DNA of 64,000 nucleotides from an uncultured Pseudomonadota bacterium (GTDB lineage: Bacteria > Oederibacteriota > Muellerivitia > Muellerivitales > Muellerivitaceae): assembly GCA_963843375.1 (NCBI GenBank), contig CAWJKT010000004.1, forward strand, positions 500,528 to 564,527, given 5' to 3'. The translations under genes and the position numbers were made by a program. Positions 45,459 through 55,097 of this stretch are shown one piece after another. The notes below the pieces were generated by a model. It did no database searches, was not told where the DNA came from, and worked only from the letters and a program-made list of their open reading frames with translations. Position 1 is the stretch's first letter. Each line of letters starts with the position of its first letter.

Positions 45459-47004
45459 ATGGGGCTTCGGTCAACGCAAACCGGGTCACCTGGATCAACG
45501 GCGTCAACGACGGCGAATCCATGGCCGCTCGTCTCCTGGATGGTCCTGGCGATCGCCGCCGTCACGGCGCTCGCTTGGTGGGATGACCAGCGGGAGGCCG
45601 ACGCCGCGTTGCGGGACCTGGAGAGCCAACAGACTGTGGTCGCTTCGAGCCTGGCGGCGAGCCTTCAGGCCCACCTCGCCTTCGTCGAGCGTGATGCCGC
45701 CCTTGTCGCAGATGCCGGCGCCGCAGGTCCGAGCGAGCCCTACTCGCCCTCGGTCGTCCGGGCCGCGGGGGCGCCGGCGGCAGCGGCTCCCGGGCCCGCG
45801 CGGTTCATCCTCAGCGTTCCGCTTGCCGACGCGCGGAGTGTCGACCTCGGGGTGAGCGCCGCACAGCTCCTCGGTATCGACCCGCGGAGCGAGCGGACCG
45901 GTGATTTGACCGTGCTCCTTTCGGCGCCCGGGGATTCATCGCTGCACGCGCTGGACGGGCAATCTGTGGATTCGCCGGCTCTTCGGACGGCGCTCGACGA
46001 GAACGCGCGAGCCTTGCGCCTCGACCGCCCACAAGCGGCCCAGGTGGGCCTGCCGGCGAGGACGGCAATGGCCGGGCTGGCGCATGTCGACGCGGGCGCG
46101 CTAGGCCGCTGGGGAGTCGCGGTGGTCGCCAGCGCGGCGAGAGAGAGACCGTGAGAAGCGTGCCCTTGGGAGGCTCGTGCTCAGTGTCCTCGTCACTAGC
46201 GGGCTGGTGCTCGCGTTCGGAGGCGTCGCTCTCCGCAAGCAGCGAAAGGAGCTCGAGCTCTCGCGGGAGCTCGCCATCGCCGAGATCCAGCGCGCCGGCG
46301 ACGAGGCACTGTCCCAGGCCCAGCGCGCGGCGACGATGGGGACGTTCGCGATGGGCATCGCTCACGAGGTCTCGACGCCCCTGGGCGTGATCATGGGCCG
46401 GGCGGAGCAGCTGATCGGGCGGGTCCAGAACGACGAACGTGCGATCCACAACGCCCGGACCATCCTGAAACAGACCGACCGGATCCAGCAGATCGTGCGT
46501 CGATTCCTCGACATGGCGCGCGGCGGCCCGCCATCCCTCGAACGAACCGACCCCTCGGAGGTCGCGCGTGCGGCGGCATCCTCGGTTCAGCACCGCTTCT
46601 CGAAGGCCCACATCGACCTCGCGACCGACATCCCATCGACGATGCCGGAAATCCAGTGCGACCGGGCGCTGCTCGAACAGGCGATCGTCAACCTTCTCCT
46701 CAATGCCTGTGAGGCCTGCCAGCCCGGCGAACACGTCGAGGTCGCCGCCCGTGCAGACTCGACGAGTGTGGCGTTCGTCGTGACCGACGATGGCGTCGGA
46801 ATCCCCTCGGAGCACGCAGCGCGGGCGACCAAGCCTTTCTTCACCACCAAGGCCGAGGCCGGGGGGGCGGGCCTGGGGCTCGCCATCGCCACCGAGATCG
46901 CCAAGAGCCACCGAGGCGACTTGACGATCGGGCCCAACACTGGACGGGGCACTCGGGCCTGCATCGAGATTCCCATCGCGGCGCAGAGAGGCGCCCATGT
47001 CTGA
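45459..47004 (+). CDS. Membrane sensor histidine kinase (NtrB/ZraS-like); frameshift in the (GA)5 tract at 46139-46148
   Basis: TM-periplasmic-TM layout; IAHEVSTPLG, NLLLNACEA, DDGVGI, PFFTTK, GLGL. One more GA joins the two ORFs as ARERDREKRALGRLVL. Confidence 0.88.
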
Positions 47005-47377
47005 CACGCCCCAGGGGACGCGGATCCTCGTGGTCGACGATCGCCCGGAAATGGCGGAGATGGTCGCCGACGCACTATCGGAGAGGGGATACGACGCCGT
47101 CGCCATTAGCTCGAGCCGCGAGGCGATGCACCGGCTGCGGACCGAGCGCTTCGACGCACTCGTGACCGATCTGCGGATGCCGGAGGTGGATGGCCTGGCG
47201 CTCATGCGGGCGTCGCTGGAGCTCGACCCGTCCCGCCCTGTGATCCTGATGACCGCGCACAGCACTCTCGACACGGCCGTACAGGCGAGCGGCGGGGGCG
47301 CTTACCACTATCTGACGAAACCATTTCGGCTCGACGCGCTCACGCGCCTCATCGAGCAGGCGCTAGGGCGCTCATGA
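46997..47377 (+). CDS. Receiver-only response regulator
   Basis: ILVVDD, VTDLRMPEVDG, ILMTA, YLTKPF; no output domain. Confidence 0.92.
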   Translation: MSDTPQGTRILVVDDRPEMAEMVADALSERGYDAVAISSSREAMHRLRTERFDALVTDLRMPEVDGLALMRASLELDPSRPVILMTAHSTLDTAVQASGGGAYHYLTKPFRLDALTRLIEQALGRS

Positions 47378-48573
47378 GCCGGCGGGCCGTGCGCGTCGAC
47401 GTTTCGACCGGCGCCGTCTTCCGCGTGGCCCTCTACTACGGGTTCGCCGGCTTCGGCGGCGGCTACTCTGTGCTCGCGCAGCTGCGACGAGATCTCGTCG
47501 AGCGCCGGAAGTGGCTCTCGGCGGATGACTTCCTCGTTCTCGCCGAGCTTTCGAAGAGCCTTCCAGGTACCCCCGCCACGAATCTGCTCGCGCTGCTGGG
47601 GCAGCGCGTCGACGGGACTCGCGGAGGGCTGGTGGCGGCGGGGGCCTTCCTCCTGCCCAGCACAGTGCTGATGACCGCCTGCGCAGCCGCGTACTCTTTG
47701 GTCCGTGCCGCAAGCGGCCTGTCTCTGTTCTTCGATGGGATGAACGCCGCGATGGTCGGCGTCGTGGGCGCGGTCACCGTGGACCTGGGCCGCAGCGCCC
47801 TCCGGTCCGGGCGGGACGTCGCTCTTTCGCTGCTCAGCGGCTTGCTCCTCGCGACGCGGCTCGTCTCGGAACCGGTCCTCGCCGGTGCGGCAGCGGCGAT
47901 CGGGGCGACGCTGGGGGCGCTCAGTGCCGAGCCGCCGAGAAGCTCCCTCCCGTCGGTCGTAAGCGACCGCCCTCCGCCCAGTGACCGGCTGCACGGCGTC
48001 CTCCCCTTCGTTGCGGTTCCCGTGGTGATGGCCGGGAGTTTCGCGCTGCTTGCCGGGCTCGTACGAGTCTTCGTGCCGATCGGAGTCATGACCTTCGGCG
48101 GTGGCCTGGCGATGATTCCAGCCATCGACCACATGGTCGTATCCGAGCAGGGCTGGCTCGGTCCGAAGGCCTTCGCGGATGCGATCGCCTTGGGTCAGAT
48201 CACCCCTGGCCCCGTCGCGATTTGTGCGACGTTCATCGGATACCGGGTGGCTGGCGTGGCCGGCGCCCTGGTCGCAACGTTGGCCATGTTTGCGCCCGCG
48301 ACCGGGGTTGCGCTCGCGGCGGGTCACTCGATCGACCGCTTCCGATCGAGTCCACTCGTCGAGGGCATGCTCCGTACACTGGCGCCCGCCGTCATCGGAA
48401 TGCTCGGCGCCGCTACCTTCAGCCTCGGACGGGCGGCCGTGGGAGTTCCGATCGACGTCGCCATCGGAGTCGTTGCGTTCGCTCTGCTCGTCTGGAAGCC
48501 GGTTAGCCCGATGTGGCTCCTGGCTGGAGGAGGGTTGGCGCGCCTCGCGCTGCGTTGGAGTGTCGCCATGTAG
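47374..48573 (+). CDS. chrA: Chromate efflux (CHR) transporter, long-chain
   Basis: Two repeats: GFGGG..SLPGTPA and TFGGG..QITPGP..TFIGY. Confidence 0.9.
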   Translation: MSRRAVRVDVSTGAVFRVALYYGFAGFGGGYSVLAQLRRDLVERRKWLSADDFLVLAELSKSLPGTPATNLLALLGQRVDGTRGGLVAAGAFLLPSTVLMTACAAAYSLVRAASGLSLFFDGMNAAMVGVVGAVTVDLGRSALRSGRDVALSLLSGLLLATRLVSEPVLAGAAAAIGATLGALSAEPPRSSLPSVVSDRPPPSDRLHGVLPFVAVPVVMAGSFALLAGLVRVFVPIGVMTFGGGLAMIPAIDHMVVSEQGWLGPKAFADAIALGQITPGPVAICATFIGYRVAGVAGALVATLAMFAPATGVALAAGHSIDRFRSSPLVEGMLRTLAPAVIGMLGAATFSLGRAAVGVPIDVAIGVVAFALLVWKPVSPMWLLAGGGLARLALRWSVAM

Positions 48574-48713
48574 TCACGTTACCAACCACTGTCAGGACGA
48601 TCGCGTACGCGCCGGGCGCCCGAGCTGGCAAGGAAGCCTCGCCCCCACCACCGAAGCCGGCGAGAGCGCCCGGCGCGTTCGCCACCGCCCTCCGTCTGCG
48701 ATTGGGGGTTCCC

Positions 48714-49343
48714 ATGCGATCCCGCTCATTAGCCTGTTTCGTGATCTCGTCGGTGACCGCGTCGGTCGCGGGTCAAGGACATGCGGGCGCCGATCCGACG
48801 CGCATCACACCCGCGTCGCTCGTCCCTGTGGGGGCGCCCATCCCCTACGCGCGGCTGATCGGCGGCTCGCCTGGCGGCGCGCCCGCGGTGAGCGGCGCAG
48901 GAGGTCCCCTGCTCGGGGCAGAGGGCGCCTGGGCCACGACGCTCGGGGCAACCGACGATCCCGCCCACGGTGCGGCGGCGTTCGGGGCTCGTGCAGGCTG
49001 GGCGTTTGCGAATGGACTCGCGGTTCACGTCCGGTACGACGATGTCGGCGTCGAGCCGGCGCGTCTTGCGACCCCACTTCAGCTGGCGACGGTCGGGCTG
49101 CGCTATTCGATCCCCTTCCTCGTGCCGCTTCCCTTCGCCGAGGTGGATGTGGGTCCGGCTTTCGTCGGTGGCGACGTGCGGCTCGGAGCTGGCGCAGGGG
49201 TTGGAGTTTCAGTCCCTCTCGGCCGCCAGGTTCTGGTGGACCTCGCGGCTCGCGACTGGCTCGTACCGATCGCCGGTGTGCTGCGGCAGACCATCACCGC
49301 GGGCCTCGGCCTCACCGTGTCTTTCGCGTCGCCTGCTCGATGA
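48714..49343 (+). CDS. Secreted protein, probable small outer-membrane beta-barrel
   Basis: Signal peptide; alternating strands FGARAGWAF, VGLRYS, GAGVGVSV, AGLGLTVSF. Confidence 0.6.
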   Translation: MRSRSLACFVISSVTASVAGQGHAGADPTRITPASLVPVGAPIPYARLIGGSPGGAPAVSGAGGPLLGAEGAWATTLGATDDPAHGAAAFGARAGWAFANGLAVHVRYDDVGVEPARLATPLQLATVGLRYSIPFLVPLPFAEVDVGPAFVGGDVRLGAGAGVGVSVPLGRQVLVDLAARDWLVPIAGVLRQTITAGLGLTVSFASPAR

Positions 49344-49361
49344 TCAATGGAGGACCAACCC

Positions 49362-50240
49362 ATGAAACACCTGCTGCCCTCAATCGCGGCATCCCTCCTG
49401 GTGACGGGTTGCTCCTACGCCACCGTCGGTCCAGGCCAGGTGGGGGTCGTATGGACGCCGAGTGGAACGAGTCCGAACGTCTTGCCCGAAGGCAACTGGG
49501 GCGTCGGCTACTTCGATCACGCGACGGTGTACGACGCCAGGTCCCAGGAGCGCGACGAGCAGCTGGAGGTGCTCGCGTCCAACGGGCTGCGCATCGTGCT
49601 CGACGCTTCCGTCCGCTACCACATCGTCGGCGCGGAGGCCGTGGAGCTCGATCGCGAGCTCGGAGTCCACTACTACGACGTCCTCATCGGGCCGACGCTG
49701 CGGTCGCAGGCGCGCCGCGTCGTCGGGCGGTATCAGCCCGAGGAGATCTACTCTTCCCAGCGCGAGCTCATCGAGCGCCAGATCCGCGAAGGCGTGGAGA
49801 AGGCGATCGAGGGCCGCCACGTCGTGCTCGAGGCGGTGCTCGTTCGCAACGTCACTCTGCCGGACACGATCCAGCAAGCGATCAACGACAAGCTCCAGGC
49901 CGAGCAGAGGGCCCTCAAGATGAAGTTCGTGCTCGAGGAGGCCGACGGTGAGGCGCAGAAGCAGCTCATCGAGCAGAAGGCCGAGGCCGAGCGCGCGCGG
50001 ATCGCCGCGGAATCCAAGGCGCAGACGGACCAGATCGAAGCGAATGGACGCGCCGAGGCCAAGCGCATCGATGCGCAGGCGACGGCCGACTACCAGCGCC
50101 TCGTCGAGCCACACCTGACCGACCCGATGCTGCGATGGCAGGAGATCGAAGCGCTGCGCGTGCTCGGCGCGTCTCCCAGCTCGAAGGTGATCTTCCTCGG
50201 GGGCAACCACGCGTCTGGAACCATGATCGACCTGAAGTGA
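49362..50240 (+). CDS. Prohibitin/SPFH-domain protein with lipobox
   Basis: GGAGG RBS; LLVTGC; VGPGQVGV, RSQARRVVGRY.PEEIYS..R, NVTLP..IQQAI; EA-rich coiled coil. Confidence 0.9.
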   Translation: MKHLLPSIAASLLVTGCSYATVGPGQVGVVWTPSGTSPNVLPEGNWGVGYFDHATVYDARSQERDEQLEVLASNGLRIVLDASVRYHIVGAEAVELDRELGVHYYDVLIGPTLRSQARRVVGRYQPEEIYSSQRELIERQIREGVEKAIEGRHVVLEAVLVRNVTLPDTIQQAINDKLQAEQRALKMKFVLEEADGEAQKQLIEQKAEAERARIAAESKAQTDQIEANGRAEAKRIDAQATADYQRLVEPHLTDPMLRWQEIEALRVLGASPSSKVIFLGGNHASGTMIDLK

Positions 50241-50276
50241 GGCCCTCTGCGTTTGGTCTCTGGAGGCCGTGTCCGA

Positions 50277-51062
50277 ATGCTCCCCTACCTGGTTCAGCCC
50301 GTCGTTCATCTCGGTCCGATCACGATCCACGCATTCGGCGTGCTGGTCGCGCTCGCCGTTCTCGTGGGAAGCGCGATGGCTCGCCGACGCGCTCGAGCGA
50401 CCGAGCTGCCCACTCGATTGATCGATGACCTGCTCGCGTGGACGCTGGTCGGGGGCTTTCTCGCTGGCCACGTCCTGGATCAACTCTTCTACTTCCCCCG
50501 AGAGACCCTCGCGAACCCGGTGCGACTGCTCCGAATCTGGGATGGCCTTTCATCTTTCGGCGGGTTCCTGGGGGGAGTCGCCGGGGCGACCGCGTTCCTG
50601 GCCCGTCGCCGCTACGCCGGTGTGCGCTGGGCCGCCCTCGACGCGGTCGCGTACGGCTTTCCGTTCGGATGGTTCTTCGGTCGACTCGGGTGTTTCGTCG
50701 CGTTCGACCACCCAGGAGTCGCGACGCACTTCATTCTCGGCGAGCGGTATGTCGACGGCGTCGTTCGTCACAACCTCGGTCTGGAGGAGGCCTTGTTCAT
50801 CGCCCTCGTGGCGGCCCTCTTCCACGCGCTCGGACGGACGGCCAGACCTGCAGGCTTCTTCGTCGGTTTGCTCGCGATGCTCTACGCGCCTGTGCGCTTT
50901 GGACTGGATGCGCTGCGCATCGACGACGCCCGCTACTTTGGGTTAACGCCTGCGCAATATGGGGCCGCTGGCCTGCTCTTGGTCGGCTCGGGCATCATGA
51001 TCGCCGCCCTTCGCCGGCTCGTGAACACACCCCTCGTGAATCCACGGAGAGCCTCCCTGTGA
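50277..51062 (+). CDS. lgt: Prolipoprotein diacylglyceryl transferase-like protein
   Basis: LGPITIHAFG, IWDGLSSFGGF, GRLGCF, RF..DALR, GLTPAQ. Confidence 0.82.
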   Translation: MLPYLVQPVVHLGPITIHAFGVLVALAVLVGSAMARRRARATELPTRLIDDLLAWTLVGGFLAGHVLDQLFYFPRETLANPVRLLRIWDGLSSFGGFLGGVAGATAFLARRRYAGVRWAALDAVAYGFPFGWFFGRLGCFVAFDHPGVATHFILGERYVDGVVRHNLGLEEALFIALVAALFHALGRTARPAGFFVGLLAMLYAPVRFGLDALRIDDARYFGLTPAQYGAAGLLLVGSGIMIAALRRLVNTPLVNPRRASL

Positions 51063-52261
51063 CCGACGCGAGGCACAGCCGGGCGACCAGCGTCGTAAGC
51101 CGCGACCGCCCTGGGAAGACGGCGCTCGTGCTGTCGGGCGGCGGTGCACGCGGCGCGTATCAAGTGGGTGCCCTTCGCGGTCTGCACGAGCTGCTCCGCG
51201 GGCGACGCTCTCTCCCCTTCCCGATCCTGGTCGGGGCGTCTGCGGGCAGCATCACCAACGCCTTCCTCGGCGCGCACGCGGACGACTTTCCCACGGCCGT
51301 CCGCAAGCTGGTCGCCTTCTGGGAGGGCCTGAGGCCCGACAATGTCTTCCGCACCGACGCTCGTACCCTCGGGCGCGTCGGGCTCTCGTGGGCGGCCGAC
51401 CTCAGCCTCGGCAGCTGGATCGGCACCGGGCGTGGCAGGTCGCTCCTCGTGAGCGACCCCCTTCGCGCTCTGCTCCACGAGCGGCTCGACATGGCGGCCC
51501 TCGGGCAGGCGATCGAGCACGGGCTGCTCCGCGGCTTCGCACTCACGACGACGAGCTATCGCTCCGGGCTCGCAGTCACCTTCTTCGATGGATCGGCGTC
51601 GATCGAGCCCTGGGTCCGGTCGACGCGGCTCGGCATCCGCCGGAATATCGCGATCGATCACGTCATGGCGTCGTCATCGATCCCGTTCTTTTTTCCCGCC
51701 GTGTCGATCGATGGGACCTACTACGCGGACGGATGCATCCGTTTGACTGCTCCGCTGAGCCCCGCCATTCATCTTGGCGCCGATCGCATTCTCGCCATCG
51801 GGGTTCGCTACCCGCGACCGCCAGAGCCGGCATCGAGCTCTCCCGCCCAGAACGATAGGTATCCGACCGCGGCGGATACCGCAGGCCTCCTTCTCAATGC
51901 GCTCTTCCTGGAGTCGCTCGAAAGTGACGTCGAGCGTCTGGAGCGAATAAACACCACCGTCGACTTGCTTCCGCGCACGACGATCGCGAAACGCTCCACG
52001 CCTCTGCGGCAGATACCCATCCTCGTCCTTCGGCCCTCCAAGGATCTCGGCGAGCTCGTGATGCAGACGCTCGAACGACTTCCCTACTTGCTCCGCCACC
52101 TATTTCGTGGCCTCGGAGCCTCAGGTAAGAGTGGATCGGGATCTCTCAGCTATCTCGCGTTCGATGGAGAATATACCTCGCGCCTGCTGGCGCTCGGCTA
52201 TTCGGACGTGAAGGCACGCAGCGCCGAGATTGCAACCTTCCTCGGTGTCTCGGACGCCTGA
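51059..52261 (+). CDS. Patatin-like phospholipase
   Basis: LSGGGARGAYQVG, GASAG (GxSxG), YADG; GTG start overlaps the lgt stop. Confidence 0.93.
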   Translation: MTDARHSRATSVVSRDRPGKTALVLSGGGARGAYQVGALRGLHELLRGRRSLPFPILVGASAGSITNAFLGAHADDFPTAVRKLVAFWEGLRPDNVFRTDARTLGRVGLSWAADLSLGSWIGTGRGRSLLVSDPLRALLHERLDMAALGQAIEHGLLRGFALTTTSYRSGLAVTFFDGSASIEPWVRSTRLGIRRNIAIDHVMASSSIPFFFPAVSIDGTYYADGCIRLTAPLSPAIHLGADRILAIGVRYPRPPEPASSSPAQNDRYPTAADTAGLLLNALFLESLESDVERLERINTTVDLLPRTTIAKRSTPLRQIPILVLRPSKDLGELVMQTLERLPYLLRHLFRGLGASGKSGSGSLSYLAFDGEYTSRLLALGYSDVKARSAEIATFLGVSDA

Positions 52262-52387
52262 CTCGCGGTCGCCGGCGCGGTTGGTCCAAAACCATTCGTG
52301 CTCGATCCTGCCGTTTCCCGAGGCAATGAGCCGGCTATCCGCATTCTTGGCGAAATTGCCTCGACGACGGCCGGTCGGCCCCCCAAG

Positions 52388-52621
52388 TCATGGCTGCTTG
52401 GTTGCACAACGGCCGTTTGCGCACCATTCGCTGCAACAGTCGCTGTCGGCGAGGCACTGGGCGCCTCGGCTCAGGCACTGCCCATCGGGTGCGACGCCCG
52501 GTCCTCCCGGAGCCTGCACGTCCGTCACGCCCGAGCTCTGATGCGATCCCCCGCAGCACACGATGGTTGCTGCAAAGAGCACGTGTCCGGCGACGATGGA
52601 GATGAGCTGAGTCGATCTCAT
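52388..52621 (-). CDS. Small secreted/lipo-peptide with a C-C-CC-C-C cystine-knot-like motif
   Basis: GGAGG RBS; signal ending IVCC; C-terminal CLSRGAQCLADSDCCSEWCANGRC. Confidence 0.7.
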   Translation of the reverse strand: MRSTQLISIVAGHVLFAATIVCCGGSHQSSGVTDVQAPGGPGVAPDGQCLSRGAQCLADSDCCSEWCANGRCATKQP

Positions 52622-52826
52622 GGGTGGCCTCCCGTTCTCCGAGACGCCATCGGTGACGCAAGGATGGGGCCAAACCGCAGAGCCGAGGCCGCGATCGCGC
52701 AGAACAGCAATGACGATCGCCGGTCACAAAGGAAGAGCCCGCCGGCCGATCGTGTTCCCCACTGGCGACCAGCGTTACGGCACGGCGTTCGTAGACGTCC
52801 TGTATGAGCGGATGTAGGAGACACCC

Positions 52827-53936
52827 ATGAGACCCGAGCAGCGCGAGTCTCCGAAAGCGGCTGAGTTGGATCATCGTTCCCGGGCGCTTCGTTACGGGGC
52901 CGCCGTCGGTATGGCGGTCGCGGTGACCGTCGTTGCGCACGAGTCGGAGTCCGTATGGGACGTCGCCGGTCGTCATCCGTACTTGATCGAGTGGCCCACC
53001 GTCATCGCAGCTAGCTTTCTGGGAGGGTTGGGACCGGGGCTCGTCGCGACCGCCATTTCGACTGCGGGGATTCTGTTCTACTGGATCGCGCCGTTCGGCG
53101 AATGGCGCGTTCAGCATCCGAGCGACCTCATCGCCTTGGCGCTCTTCGCCACCTGCGGCGTTTTGGTCAGTATTCTCATCGACCTTCTCCATCAGGCGCG
53201 CGCCCGAGAGAAGCAACTGCGACGCTCGCGCGAGACCGTCCTCGGTGTCGTTGCTCACGACCTGCGAAACCCGCTCGCAACGATCATCACGGCGACGGCC
53301 CTGATCCGTCGCAGGCCTGACGACCTGCGTCGGCTCGATTTGATCGAGCGGGCGGCTCGCCGGATGGAGCACCTGATCCGTGACCTGGTCGACGCCTCGG
53401 TGCTAGACGCGGATGGAGGCTTGTCGATGATCCTCGCGGACGTGCCTGTCGCGTCACTCGTCGCCGACGCCATCGTCGCCGCGACGCCCGAGGCGGATCC
53501 GAGGTCCATCACGATCTCCTCTGATCCAATCGCCAACCTTCTTGTGCGCTGTGATCGAGAACGGATGCTTCAGGTGCTGGCGAATCTGCTCAGGAACGCC
53601 GTGAAATTCACACCCGAGGGGGGCCACATCAGCGTGCGCGCCGTGAGGGTCGACTCTTTCGTGCGGATCGAGGTGGCGGACACCGGTCCCGGCATCAAGC
53701 AGGAGCACCAGGCGTCCGTTTTCGAACGCCACTGGTCCGGTCGCACCGCCGGCGCCGGGGCGGGGCTCGGCCTCTTCATCGCGCGCGGCATCGTCCAAGG
53801 GCATGGCGGTCGAATATGGCTTCACAGCGAGCCCGGGCGCGGGACGACGTTCTTCCTGACGGTGCCTGCGGCAGTCGTCCAGTCAGATTCGAAAGAACAG
53901 CGAGCAGAACGCGCGGAGCGCTTCTTGCTGTCCTAG
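52827..53936 (+). CDS. Sensor histidine kinase with a DUF4118 (KdpD-TM-like) domain
   Basis: GGLGPGLVAT TM block, VAHDLRNPL, NLLRNAVKFT, DTGPGI, GLGL. Confidence 0.92.
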   Translation: MRPEQRESPKAAELDHRSRALRYGAAVGMAVAVTVVAHESESVWDVAGRHPYLIEWPTVIAASFLGGLGPGLVATAISTAGILFYWIAPFGEWRVQHPSDLIALALFATCGVLVSILIDLLHQARAREKQLRRSRETVLGVVAHDLRNPLATIITATALIRRRPDDLRRLDLIERAARRMEHLIRDLVDASVLDADGGLSMILADVPVASLVADAIVAATPEADPRSITISSDPIANLLVRCDRERMLQVLANLLRNAVKFTPEGGHISVRAVRVDSFVRIEVADTGPGIKQEHQASVFERHWSGRTAGAGAGLGLFIARGIVQGHGGRIWLHSEPGRGTTFFLTVPAAVVQSDSKEQRAERAERFLLS

Positions 53937-54537
53937 GGCTGCTGAATCACAGCCACCGCGCCGGCCCTAGCTCGACGGGCGAAACCTCGAGTGAGCCGCG
54001 GCTGCTCGGTTCAAGCGGCCATTCGCGCACCCCGCTCGGCGAAGCCGAGGCTGCGACGCGCGTCAGTGCCCCGTCAACGCGCGCGCCGCCTGCAGCAGAG
54101 GGGCACTGGTCGGAGCGTCGCGAAGCGCGACCGCGAACAACATCACGAGCAGTACGACCAGAGTCCAAATCCCCGCACAGCCGGGTTCCTTGGGTGGCAT
54201 CGTCACCCGCGGCGCGCAACGATAAGGGGACATCCGCATCACCGAACGCATAAACCGCACCATCAATGCAGCTGCTTTCGGGCCCCGCACCTGCCTTCGG
54301 GCCACGGAAGAGCCGTCGCGCCCCGATATGGCTATGTCCGCCAAAATGAGGCGGAGGACCTGCCAGTCGGCCGGCTCGAGCAATCGGAGCGTGGCGTGCG
54401 AGTGCAATCGCCGAGCGATTGCAAAAAGCGACCGCCGGCGGGCGCTCGTCGACCTCGAGCCTTTAAGCTGTTTGGAGGAGGCGGGTGAAACCTCGTCGGG
54501 CTTACGACAGGCACCCGCTCCGAAGGAGCGGCCGGTC

Positions 54538-54975
54538 ATGCACGCGTCCCGTTTCGTGTTGGTCTTCGCCTGTTGCGGGCTCGGTTGTGGTGCCGTCGTT
54601 CAACCAGGGCTCGCGAATGCGCCTGTCCTCGGCGGCGCAACCTCCGAGACCCGCGTGCACGACGCGATCGCAAACGGCCATGACGCGTGCGAACGGGCAA
54701 TGTTTCCGCAGGGCGAAGTCCTGCGCGGACATGTCCCTCCATGCAGCAAGGAAGCTATCGGGAAGGGTGTCGCGTTGCCGCCACGTCAGGCGACCATTGG
54801 CGCGTCGCTCTCGGTGCCCTACCCGTTGGGGTTCTGCCCGGCCGGTCGCCGTTCGTCTGCGTCGCGTGGTGAGAATGGCCTGACGGCGTTTCCGCTCTCC
54901 ACCCCGCCATTGTGGCTCTGCGATAGCGGATGGGGCGTAGGTGGGGCCGCAGAGTCCCACTCGGAGACACCCTGA
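54538..54975 (+). CDS. Hypothetical lipoprotein
   Basis: AAGGAG upstream; MHASRFVLVFACCGLGCG signal; no recognised domain. Confidence 0.5.
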   Translation: MHASRFVLVFACCGLGCGAVVQPGLANAPVLGGATSETRVHDAIANGHDACERAMFPQGEVLRGHVPPCSKEAIGKGVALPPRQATIGASLSVPYPLGFCPAGRRSSASRGENGLTAFPLSTPPLWLCDSGWGVGGAAESHSETP

Positions 54976-55097
54976 GTCGTTGGCAGGGGGACGATTCAGC
55001 GAACAGGCGACGCTAAGTTCTCGCCCTTCATGGTCCGTCCTCGATTGAGGCGCCCCACGCCGACGAAAGGGCAATGGTCGGGGAGACGCCCGAGCGA

